Assembly: GCF_001465295.1 (NCBI RefSeq) | Contig: NZ_CP011034.1 | Coordinates: 3,270,001 to 3,302,000, forward strand | DNA length: 32,000 nt | Direction: 5' to 3' | Origin: Pseudoalteromonas translucida KMM 520 | GTDB taxonomy: Bacteria; Pseudomonadota; Gammaproteobacteria; Enterobacterales; Alteromonadaceae | Shown here: positions 1-8,198 of the stretch, piece by piece | Layout: each line of letters starts with the position of its first letter | Position numbering within the stretch: the first letter of the stretch is position 1 | The notes under the pieces: generated by a model | What the model was told of the DNA's origin: nothing | Database searches by the model: none | Seen by the model: only the letters and a program-made list of their open reading frames with translations | Translations under genes and position numbers: made by a program

Positions 1-290
1 ATATTCATTTACATATGCTTGCAGGTAAAGAGATGGGCTGGCCTCCTTATCAAAACACCAAAAAAGTGGCGCTATAAACTGCTATTTATTTTATACAATT
101 AGTTATAAGCTTTTTAGGGTGTTTTATTTTGTAATCGCAACCAATAAATAATTACTTATTTGCAACATTTTATGTTTAAATAATCATAATATCGTACTTG
201 CTTTTTGCGTTACAACGCGACTTTCTAATACAAAAGGTGTGGAGGTCGTGGTAAACTTAATCATAAGCTTTATAAAAGAGTAAAAATAAT

Positions 291-947
291 ATGAGCAGTT
301 CAGCCTTTTTGTTATTAGATGAAGAGCCCATTAACACTATTGGTATTAACGTTTTAGAACCTTTGTTAAAAACGCAAGGTATTAGCGTAACCACAGGCAC
401 CAATATTTTAGATGTGCCTGTGGGAACACGACTTTTGTTTATCGAAACATCGAGCAAAGATGCGTGGGGAAAATTAAAAGAGCAACTGGTTAATTTACGA
501 GTTAAATGCGATATCGTATTATTTAATTTGGATGAAAACCCAGAGCTTGCTAATCGCGCCTTACTTAGCGGAATTCGTGGTGTATTTTACACCACAGATA
601 ACGCCGATGTATTGATGAAAGGTATTCGCTTACTACTTGAAGATCAACTTTGGTATCGCAGAGATATAATGTGTAATGCATTAAATCGTATGTTGCAGTT
701 TAATAAAGATGCACTGCATAAGCTTACCGAAGGCGATATTGAGCCAGTTAAACTTACCAAGCGCGAAAAAGCCATTATTGCATTAATGAGTAATGGCTCA
801 AAAAATAAAGAAATTGCTGAAGAGCTAAGCATTAGCCCACACACAGTTAAAACTCATTTATACAGCGCATTTAGAAAAACAAAATGTCGTAACCGTATTG
901 AGCTACTATCGTGGGCACAGCAGCATATTCCAGACGAAATACGTTAA
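291..947 (+). CDS. LuxR/FixJ-family transcriptional regulator, CsgD/VpsT-like (receiver-like N-domain plus C-terminal HTH)
   Basis: 218-aa ORF. The start is the first in-frame ATG after the stop at 273-275. The C-terminus has a LuxR-type HTH (TKREKAIIALMSNGSKNKEIAEELSISPHTVKTHLYSAF). The N-terminal ~140 aa are collinear with the CsgD/VpsT receiver-like domain (LLFIETSS..., GIRGVFYTTD, LWYRRD). Confidence 0.85.
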   Translation: MSSSAFLLLDEEPINTIGINVLEPLLKTQGISVTTGTNILDVPVGTRLLFIETSSKDAWGKLKEQLVNLRVKCDIVLFNLDENPELANRALLSGIRGVFYTTDNADVLMKGIRLLLEDQLWYRRDIMCNALNRMLQFNKDALHKLTEGDIEPVKLTKREKAIIALMSNGSKNKEIAEELSISPHTVKTHLYSAFRKTKCRNRIELLSWAQQHIPDEIR

Positions 948-971
948 TTTAAACTTTAGTTTAAACACAAA

Positions 972-996
972 ACAGGCACATACGTGTCTGTTTTTG
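972..996 (+). terminator. Rho-independent terminator candidate downstream of the LuxR-family gene
   Basis: The stem is ACAGGCAC (972-979) paired with GTGTCTGT (984-991), 8 bp with one G:U. The loop is ATAC. The stem runs into a TTTTT tract (991-995). Confidence 0.5.
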
Positions 997-1158
997 TATC
1001 TGGGCAAGCTTAAATTTTAAATAATAAGTCGCTCCCCAGCGAATAAAATATACGTTTAATCTCAATATAGCTCAATGTGTTAAACAATATATTGAGCTAT
1101 TTCCGGTTAAGTAATTATTGTTATATTTTTAACCTAATAACACGCTATTGGTGCCTTA

Positions 1159-3315
1159 ATGCTCGACTCTTTTACCCTTTATTTTGCCAGTATCGCCGTT
1201 ATGGTTGTAATGACCCTGCTAAACTTTTTAACCTGGCGCACCAATAAACACACTCCAGGCACTTTGCTTTATATTTTTTATCCTGTTTTGTTACTCGGCG
1301 TTATTATTGGTTTTACTCTGATCGGGCGAGTCCCTGAGCTTGTCGCTATTAGCATTGCCAATATATTGATGTTTGCGGCCTCAATTGTGCATTGCCTTGC
1401 TATTAGCCAGTTTTTAGATTATCGCGGTATTGGCTTTAAACTTGTGTGTGCATTTACTGCTTTTAGCAGCGTAATGCTGGGTTATTACAGCTTTTTGTCG
1501 CCATCTATTCAAGATAGGCTGTTTATATCTGATATACAGCATATAGCTGAAGCTGCATTTTTACTGTTTATATTTATAAAATATGCACGCAAGCCCTACC
1601 CCAACGGCAGCATTGTTTATATTATAATTTTAACCTTAGTTGCCGTAAGCTTTATTGCCCGCTCGATATTTATGCAAAAAATTGAGCAGCATGACACCCT
1701 ATTAAGCCCTTGGTTTAGCTCGTTGCTTTTTTTAAACGGGGTTATAGCACCTATGTTTTATGCCGCAGGCATGGCACTGTTGTGTAATGAGCGCAGAGAG
1801 CAGCACCTTAACAAACTCACTAAAAAAGCCCGTAAAGATCTAGAAATACGTGGGTTGTTTTTATCAACCATCAGCCACGAAATTCGCACCCCTTTAAACG
1901 GCATTTTAGGCAGTGCTCAGTTAGTTATGAACCAAACAAGTGATGCTCGCAATAAAGCCTATTGCGAGGCAATTATTAACTCTGCCGAATCCCTTAATTT
2001 ACTGGTTGATAAAGTACTCGACTATGCCAGCCTTGATCAAAGCGACGAAGCTCTTTACGAAGAAGATATTGAGTTTAAAACTTGGATACAAAATTTATGC
2101 TTATTACTAAGCCCTCTGGCAGAGCAAAAGCAACTTAAGTTTGAGCTACTTTGCAATATACCCGATCAAGCCTGTTACTACTGCGATCAACAAAAACTTA
2201 GACAAATTATTATTAACCTTGTGGGTAACGCAATTAAGTTTACCGACCAAGGTAGCGTTAAAATTCAAATTGATCTAATCACTGAAAAACAGCTTGAGCA
2301 CACCATTAAAATAAGCGTAAAAGACTCAGGCCCCGGTATCGAAAATGACGAAATAGCCTACCTAACCGAACCCTATGTGCAAAGTAGCGCCGGAAAAGAA
2401 AAAGGCGGTACTGGCCTTGGTTTAGCAATAACTAGCCGCTTACTCGAAAAACTGCATAGCAAGTTAGAAATAGCCAGTAGCCTAGGAAGCGGCAGCGTGT
2501 TTAGCTTTAATATTACGTGTGCGCTGGGCGAGCTCAGCCTAGTAGCACAGCGTCATCAAAGTAAAGATTATTTAACCGGTTTAAAGGTGTTATTAGTAGA
2601 AGATTTAGATTTAAATCAAAAAATAGCTGTAGAATTTATGGCCGACGACGAACATAAAATTAAATTAGCAAAAGACGGTAAAACTGCAATTGAATTAATG
2701 CAGACGCACCATTTTGATGTCGTACTGCTCGATATGAATCTACCTGATTTGACCGGCCAACAAGTACTAAAAACACTGGCTAAAATTGAGCATAAAAACC
2801 AGCGTACTCCTGTACTAGCCTTTACTGCAAGCTTAAGCCCTAGTGAGGTAAAAGAGTACTTAGAGCTGGGTATAAAAGACATTGTAGGTAAACCTATAAA
2901 ACACCAAAAGCTGCGCCAAGCATTAAGCGATTCACAGTCAACTAAAACGGCTTCCGTAGCCGTAGATTTGGTTGATACTTTATATGATGCAAGCGCTAGC
3001 GAAACGCTTACCAGCTCTTTTAGTATTGATGAAGTGTCGTCTATTTATAACGAGTTTGTGCTCTCTACCCGTAGTAAACTAAATCGCTGCCAAGCGCTTG
3101 TAGAGCAACAACCCGAGCAATGCATTAAATTATTACATCGCCAAGCCAATACCGCACTACAGCTAGGCTTTAACCGTTATGGTTTAGCGCTGAAAAAAAT
3201 AGAGCGTCGTATGCTTGATAAAAAACCACTAAAAAATGCCATCAATGAAGCACTCGACCTTTGGCAGCAAAGTTTAGAAGAGTATTTAAGGTGTGTACGT
3301 AAAGGGTTACAGTAA
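1159..3315 (+). CDS. Hybrid sensor histidine kinase/response regulator with a 7-TM N-terminal module and a C-terminal HPt-like segment
   Basis: 718 aa with about 7 hydrophobic helices in the first ~210 aa. Kinase motifs present: H-box STISHEIRTPLNG, N-box NLVGNAIKFT, G-boxes DSGPGI and GGTGLGLAI. Receiver motifs present: VLLVEDLD, VVLLDMNLPD, FTAS, GKPIK. The C-terminal helix LHRQANTALQLG resembles the HPt HxxKGxxxxLG motif. Confidence 0.9.
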   Translation: MLDSFTLYFASIAVMVVMTLLNFLTWRTNKHTPGTLLYIFYPVLLLGVIIGFTLIGRVPELVAISIANILMFAASIVHCLAISQFLDYRGIGFKLVCAFTAFSSVMLGYYSFLSPSIQDRLFISDIQHIAEAAFLLFIFIKYARKPYPNGSIVYIIILTLVAVSFIARSIFMQKIEQHDTLLSPWFSSLLFLNGVIAPMFYAAGMALLCNERREQHLNKLTKKARKDLEIRGLFLSTISHEIRTPLNGILGSAQLVMNQTSDARNKAYCEAIINSAESLNLLVDKVLDYASLDQSDEALYEEDIEFKTWIQNLCLLLSPLAEQKQLKFELLCNIPDQACYYCDQQKLRQIIINLVGNAIKFTDQGSVKIQIDLITEKQLEHTIKISVKDSGPGIENDEIAYLTEPYVQSSAGKEKGGTGLGLAITSRLLEKLHSKLEIASSLGSGSVFSFNITCALGELSLVAQRHQSKDYLTGLKVLLVEDLDLNQKIAVEFMADDEHKIKLAKDGKTAIELMQTHHFDVVLLDMNLPDLTGQQVLKTLAKIEHKNQRTPVLAFTASLSPSEVKEYLELGIKDIVGKPIKHQKLRQALSDSQSTKTASVAVDLVDTLYDASASETLTSSFSIDEVSSIYNEFVLSTRSKLNRCQALVEQQPEQCIKLLHRQANTALQLGFNRYGLALKKIERRMLDKKPLKNAINEALDLWQQSLEEYLRCVRKGLQ

Positions 3316-3322
3316 AGCGTTG

Positions 3323-4750
3323 TTAGTTTCTGCCATATTTATCATCAAACCGTTCAATGTCACTTTCATCTAAAACAGTGCCTGTTTGTACCTCAATTAC
3401 TATTAACGGCACATTTTTATTATTAGCCAAACTATGAATTTGCTTAGCGGCAATATAACAGGACTGATCTGCACTGAGTGTTAGTGCTTGCTTATCAATG
3501 CATACATCGGCAACCCCAGATACGACTACCCAATGCTCGGCACGATACTGATGGCGTTGCGTAGAGAGCTTAGCGCCGCTGTTTACGGTTATTTTTTTAA
3601 CCTTAAACCCACTACTTTCTACCAAGGTACGATAATTTCCCCACGGCCGATAAACAACTTGATGGTGGGTTAACTTGTCAGTTTGCGTAAGCGCTACTTT
3701 TTTGAGTAATAACGGCAGTGCATCAAGCTCATTTTGATTAGCAATAAGTGTGGCATCGTGGGTATGAATAACAGCTAAATTACTTACCCCTAAGGTGGCA
3801 ATAGTATGATCGGTTTCGCTTATTATTAAATTATTTTTACTGTTTTGCGCTACATAATTAGTATTTACGTTATTGCCTTGCGGATCTTTTTTTAGCAACT
3901 TAGCAAGTGATGAAAAACCGCCTACATCACTCCAGTTTAAGGCAACAGGCATGACAACTACGTTGTCACTGCGCTCTAAAATAGCATAATCTATGGAGTC
4001 ACTCGGGCAAGCTTCGAGCGCTTTTTCACTGGGCCGTGTAAAGCCTAAATCCTGACTAAAATTGGCGGCGTTAGCCACACAATTGGCAATTTTAGGTGCA
4101 AATCGAGCCAACTCTTGTAAATACGCTGCAGCAGTAAACAAAAACATACCGCTATTCCAACTATAACTTCCATCTAACAGGTAGCTTGTTGCGGTGGTTA
4201 AGCTGGGTTTTTCTTTAAATTCGGCCACCTCAAAGCAGTCACTATCGGTAATAGCGCCACCTTGTTTTATATATCCGTAGCCTGTGTGTGGCTCGGTAGG
4301 CGTAATCGAAAAGGTAACTAATTTACCTTGCTCAGCCAATATTGCCGCGCCGTGTAACTGCTCGGTGAGTAAGTTAAAATTATTTATATGATGATCCGCT
4401 GGCATTACTAACAGTGGCCCTGTTATGCCATTTTGTAGCGCATAATGTGCAGCTAAAGCAATTGCTGGGGCAGTATTTTTACCTGTGGGCTCTAAAAGTA
4501 ATGCGCGCGGGTTTGCACTAGCGGCTTGCTCAGCGGCAATAAATCGGTGCTGTTCGTTACACACTAAAATAGCTCGATTGAATACCTTACCGGTTACCCG
4601 TGTTAGGGTATTTTGCAATAACGACTGCCCAGTAGGTTCAGCATCGAGCAAGGGTAAAAACTGTTTTGGCATTGCTTGGCGCGACAACGGCCATAAACGA
4701 GAGCCAATGCCGCCCGCTAAAATAACTGGAGTGATTAAAGAATTGTTCAT
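3323..4750 (-). CDS. manC: Mannose-1-phosphate guanylyltransferase / mannose-6-phosphate isomerase (bifunctional type II PMI-GMP)
   Basis: 475 aa. N-terminal nucleotidyltransferase motif LAGGIGSRLWPLSR...PKQF. C-terminal cupin/PMI motif STQRHQYRAEHWVVVSG. The length is typical of the CpsB/ManC/XanB family. Confidence 0.9.
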   Translation of the reverse strand: MNNSLITPVILAGGIGSRLWPLSRQAMPKQFLPLLDAEPTGQSLLQNTLTRVTGKVFNRAILVCNEQHRFIAAEQAASANPRALLLEPTGKNTAPAIALAAHYALQNGITGPLLVMPADHHINNFNLLTEQLHGAAILAEQGKLVTFSITPTEPHTGYGYIKQGGAITDSDCFEVAEFKEKPSLTTATSYLLDGSYSWNSGMFLFTAAAYLQELARFAPKIANCVANAANFSQDLGFTRPSEKALEACPSDSIDYAILERSDNVVVMPVALNWSDVGGFSSLAKLLKKDPQGNNVNTNYVAQNSKNNLIISETDHTIATLGVSNLAVIHTHDATLIANQNELDALPLLLKKVALTQTDKLTHHQVVYRPWGNYRTLVESSGFKVKKITVNSGAKLSTQRHQYRAEHWVVVSGVADVCIDKQALTLSADQSCYIAAKQIHSLANNKNVPLIVIEVQTGTVLDESDIERFDDKYGRN

Positions 4751-4771
4751 AGTGCTGCCGCCAATAAATAT

Positions 4772-4803
4772 CAGCGGCTATTTTAACACTTAATTAGCCG
4801 CTG
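4772..4803 (-). terminator. Hairpin downstream of the C-N hydrolase gene (terminator candidate)
   Basis: Perfect 9-bp inverted repeat CAGCGGCTA (4772-4780) / TAGCCGCTG (4795-4803) with a 14-nt loop. On the minus strand it is followed by ATATTTATT. The large loop and weak U-tract lower confidence. Confidence 0.35.
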
Positions 4804-4819
4804 GCTAATTTAAGCTGCT

Positions 4820-5593
4820 TTATACTAAGTTAAAAGCATCCGCATCTAAATGCGCCGGAAATTTAGCCTTAAAGTCATTTAGTGGTGCTTTGTGCAACGT
4901 AATGGTTATTAACGCTTGGCTATTATCTGTAGCTTTTACTAAAGTATCACCTTTAAAGTCATATACCGCTGTGCCGCCATTATGCGCAACACCATTGGCA
5001 TCATCACCAATGCGATTTACCCCAACCACATAGCATACATTTTCCATCGCTCGCGCCATTAATAATGTATCCCAAACATGGCGACGCACTGCGGGCCAAT
5101 TAGCAATATTAATCATTACATCGTAATCGTTGTTATTGCGCTGAAATACCGGAAAACGCAGGTCGTAGCACACTTGTGGTAATAGCTTAAAGCCATTAAT
5201 AGTAAACACTTTGCGCGCTTGTCCCGCTACTACAAAATCACCTTCGTTGCCTAAACAAAACAAATGACGCTTATCGTAAAAGTCCACCTCTCCATTGGGC
5301 TGCACCCAATAAAACCGATTGGCCTTTTTGCTGCCTTGAGTAACAAATACTGAGCCTGCAATTACTGCGTTATGTTTATGCGCTTGCGCCTTTAACCAGG
5401 TAAGTACTTTGCCGTTTTCAGGCTCAGCGCAATCTAAGTTTATTGCAAATCCTGTGGCGAAGGTTTCGGGCAGTAAAATTAAATCAGGCTGCTGAGTCAC
5501 TGCATCTAACTGCTTATTAAACATAGCTAAATTAGTATCTTTATCGAGCCAGTGTAGTGAGCTTTGCAATAATGTAAGTGTTAACGTTGACAT
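4820..5593 (-). CDS. Carbon-nitrogen hydrolase (nitrilase superfamily) amidase, YafV/Nit2 omega-amidase-like
   Basis: 257 aa. The Glu-Lys-Cys catalytic triad sits in its typical contexts: LILLPETF, YDKRHLF, PQVCYDLRFP. Confidence 0.8.
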   Translation of the reverse strand: MSTLTLTLLQSSLHWLDKDTNLAMFNKQLDAVTQQPDLILLPETFATGFAINLDCAEPENGKVLTWLKAQAHKHNAVIAGSVFVTQGSKKANRFYWVQPNGEVDFYDKRHLFCLGNEGDFVVAGQARKVFTINGFKLLPQVCYDLRFPVFQRNNNDYDVMINIANWPAVRRHVWDTLLMARAMENVCYVVGVNRIGDDANGVAHNGGTAVYDFKGDTLVKATDNSQALITITLHKAPLNDFKAKFPAHLDADAFNLV

Positions 5594-5757
5594 AGTTTTG
5601 TGCCGCCCTCTTTTAAGTTTTTAGTGTTTTTAGCTAAACCAACTTAATTGTTATTAGAGTTTGATAAAACATACCTTATGCTGGTAGCTTAGTTATTAAC
5701 ACTCTATATCCTTAATTGTGGTTTTGCACGCAAAGCGGTGCTACCATCACTTAAGAT

Positions 5758-5773
5758 AGAAGTTTAGCCGTCT
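5758..5773. promoter_or_regulatory. Candidate tandem MetJ boxes upstream of mtnB
   Basis: AGAAGTTT-AGCCGTCT are two contiguous 8-mers matching the met-box consensus AGACGTCT at 6/8 and 7/8. They lie 37 bp upstream of the ATG at 5810, in the divergent intergenic region. Confidence 0.3.
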
Positions 5774-5809
5774 AAATACAATTAACTGATGCTCGTTTGT
5801 GAGGAATAT

Positions 5810-6442
5810 ATGCAAAACAACAATACCGCTATTTCGCAACTTATTGAAGCTGGGAAGTGGGTTAGCCAAAAAGAGTGGATACCCGCAACCGGTGGGAATT
5901 TTTCAGCAAGAACTGATTCGGGGTTTGTAATAACAGCAAGTGGCCAAGATAAAGGTAAGTTGACTAATGAGCACTTTTTACAGCTAGATCTACAAGGCAA
6001 GCCTTTGGCAGGAACAAAAAAACGCTCAGCCGAAACACAACTGCACTTGAGCTTGTATCAGCTAATTCCCGAAGCGCAATGTGTACTGCACACGCATTCT
6101 GTTGCGGCTACCGTGCTTTCGCAAATAACAAAAAGTCATAAACTCGATTTAACTGGCTACGAAATGCAAAAAGCTTTAACCGGTTTTACCTCGCATTTAG
6201 AAACCCTAAGCATTCCTATTTTTAATAACGACCAAGACATAGACCATTTAAGTTTATTGGTAAGCGATCATCATTTACACACACCTATTGAACACGGAGT
6301 GCTTATACGTGGCCATGGTTTGTATGCTGTTGGGCGAAATATTGACGAAGTTCGTCGTCATTTAGAAGTGCTGGAGTTTTTATTTAGCTGTGAATTAGAG
6401 CGTTTAAAAATTACCGGGATTCAAGCAAGTAATAATAAATAA
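5810..6442 (+). CDS. mtnB: Methylthioribulose-1-phosphate dehydratase (class II aldolase/adducin family)
   Basis: MtnB-type motifs are present: WIPATGGNFSAR, ITASGQDKG, SAETQLH, VLHTHS. I prefer the ATG at 5810 (GAGGA at 5801-5805) over the track start at 5789, which has no SD. The N-terminal length then matches MtnB homologs. Confidence 0.8.
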   Translation: MQNNNTAISQLIEAGKWVSQKEWIPATGGNFSARTDSGFVITASGQDKGKLTNEHFLQLDLQGKPLAGTKKRSAETQLHLSLYQLIPEAQCVLHTHSVAATVLSQITKSHKLDLTGYEMQKALTGFTSHLETLSIPIFNNDQDIDHLSLLVSDHHLHTPIEHGVLIRGHGLYAVGRNIDEVRRHLEVLEFLFSCELERLKITGIQASNNK

Positions 6443-6450
6443 CTAACTAA

Positions 6451-6493
6451 AATTAAGGCCCATCATTATATTGCATAACAATGGGCCTTAATT
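6451..6493. terminator. Hairpin between convergent mtnB and the gltB-like gene (possible bidirectional terminator)
   Basis: Perfect 13-bp inverted repeat AATTAAGGCCCAT (6451-6463) / ATGGGCCTTAATT (6481-6493) with a 17-nt loop. The flanks are A/T-rich but there is no clean U-tract. Confidence 0.45.
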
Positions 6494-6574
6494 AACGACC
6501 TAATAAATATTGAGTGCATAAAAAGCAGCTTAGTTTAGTGCGTTTAAGCACTCACATATTTAATGCTCAATGTA

Positions 6575-8056
6575 TTATTTATAATTTTCGTAAATTTTAT
6601 CTAATGGCTCTGAAAGACCGCTTTCTTGAACTATACGTACATGTTCGCGTTTTAACTCACGCGCACTAGATACGCCGCACGAGTGCGCGATTAAGCCCGC
6701 GCCATAGTGCACATACTTATTATAGTTTGCCACACGCTGCGCTTTGTCTGCCACATTTAAGCCACGTTGCAGGCGTTTGTCGTGCGTGGTGATCCCTGTA
6801 GGGCAAGTGTCTTTATTACATTGCATTGCTTGAATACACCCTAGTGCAAACATATGGCCGCGAGCAGATACAACAAAATCAGCCCCCAATGCTAATGCCC
6901 ATGCAACTTTAGAGGGTACGATTAACTTACCTGAGGCAATAACCTTTACTCGCTCTCTGAGCCCATGTTTTTCTAACAGGTTAATGACTAATGGTAAGCT
7001 TTCTCGCAGTGGTAAGCCCACTGAATCTAATAATGACTGTGGTGCGGCGCCTGTGCCACCGTCCGCACTATCAATAGTAATAAAGTCGGGCGCTGACTCA
7101 ATACCACGATGATTTATTTCAGCGAAAAGAGTTTCCAGCCAAGTGTACTCACCAATAACCGCTTTAAAGCCTGTAGGTTTACCGGTAGCGTTACGTACGG
7201 TTGCCAACATATCAAGAATATCTGACGGCTTTTTAATTTCAAGATGACCATTAGGGCTAATTGAATCTTGCCCTTCGGGAATGCCGCGTATTTTTGCAAT
7301 TTCAGCGTTAACTTTTCGCCCTGGTAACATACCGCCTTTACCCGGTTTTGCGCCTTGGCTTAGCTTTATTTCAAACATTTTTACTTGTTCGTGAGCTGCT
7401 ATTTCTTTTAATTTAGCAGTGCTTAAATTGCCATTATCGTCGCGCACGCCATATTTAGCAGTACCAATTTGAAATACAATATCTCCCCCGCCTTCTAAAT
7501 GATACGGGCTTAAACCGCCTTCACCGGTATTATACCAACAGCCAGCAAGCTTAGCTCCTTTAGATAAAGCACGTACAGCAGGTTTTGACAAAGCACCAAA
7601 ACTCATACCTGAAATATTAAATATTGAATTAGTGGTATAAGGTGTTTTACAGTAAGGCCCTAATGTCACATTACTAGGATCGAGCGCTTCTTCATCTAAA
7701 GTAGGGAATGCGCAGTTCATAAACATCACTGTACCGGTTACCTCAAGGCTTTGAGTCGAGCCAAACGCAGCAGTATGATCAACATCTTTTGCAGCGCGAT
7801 ATACCCAACTACGTTCAGCACGATTAAACGGCATTTCTTCTCTATCTAGTGCGAAAAAGTACTGGCGGAAAAATTCGCCTTGGCGCTCAAAAAAATATCG
7901 AAACCGACCAATTACCGGATAGTTGCGCCTAATTGCATGCTTTGTTTGGGTTATATCTCTAAAGTAAAAAATAATAACCGACAAAACAATAAACCCTAAT
8001 ACAACAATAAAAAGGCTCGCAAATACATTAATACTTAGAACTATAAAATTGTTCAC
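6575..8056 (-). CDS. FMN-binding glutamate synthase-family protein (GltB domain-2-like), N-terminally membrane-anchored
   Basis: 493 aa. N-terminal hydrophobic helix FIVLSINVFASLFIVVLGFIVLSVIIF. GltS FMN-domain motifs present: LSQGAKPGKGGMLPG, DSADGGTGAAP, ASGKL, CIQAMQCNKDTCPTGITT. Confidence 0.85.
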   Translation of the reverse strand: MNNFIVLSINVFASLFIVVLGFIVLSVIIFYFRDITQTKHAIRRNYPVIGRFRYFFERQGEFFRQYFFALDREEMPFNRAERSWVYRAAKDVDHTAAFGSTQSLEVTGTVMFMNCAFPTLDEEALDPSNVTLGPYCKTPYTTNSIFNISGMSFGALSKPAVRALSKGAKLAGCWYNTGEGGLSPYHLEGGGDIVFQIGTAKYGVRDDNGNLSTAKLKEIAAHEQVKMFEIKLSQGAKPGKGGMLPGRKVNAEIAKIRGIPEGQDSISPNGHLEIKKPSDILDMLATVRNATGKPTGFKAVIGEYTWLETLFAEINHRGIESAPDFITIDSADGGTGAAPQSLLDSVGLPLRESLPLVINLLEKHGLRERVKVIASGKLIVPSKVAWALALGADFVVSARGHMFALGCIQAMQCNKDTCPTGITTHDKRLQRGLNVADKAQRVANYNKYVHYGAGLIAHSCGVSSARELKREHVRIVQESGLSEPLDKIYENYK

Positions 8057-8111
8057 TCAAAACCCCTCTGCAGTACTTTTTCGCCAATAAATGAAAATGG
8101 CTTCAATAGAC

Positions 8112-8150
8112 AAATGCGCATATCACTTATTATAGATGATATGCGCATTT
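8112..8150 (-). terminator. Strong hairpin downstream of the DUF885 gene (terminator candidate)
   Basis: Perfect 14-bp inverted repeat AAATGCGCATATCA (8112-8125) / TGATATGCGCATTT (8137-8150) with an 11-nt loop. It lies 49 nt downstream of the DUF885 stop on the minus strand and upstream of the gltB-like gene. Confidence 0.5.
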
Positions 8151-8198
8151 TATTAATTTATAACCCTAATATAAGCCATTACGATTGATGCGGATTAA

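Noticed and set aside
1-102. Possible 3' end of an upstream CDS entering from the left edge. Frame 3..77 ends in TAA, and frame 1..102 ends in TAG.
   Set aside because: Two different plus-strand frames are open from the window edge for only 24-33 codons, with no recognisable motif. I cannot decide which, if either, is real, so it is not reported as a feature.
5789-5809. Track start codon for mtnB at 5789 (MLVCEEY...).
   Set aside because: There is no SD upstream of 5789. The ATG at 5810 has GAGGA 4 nt upstream and gives an N-terminus matching MtnB homolog length.
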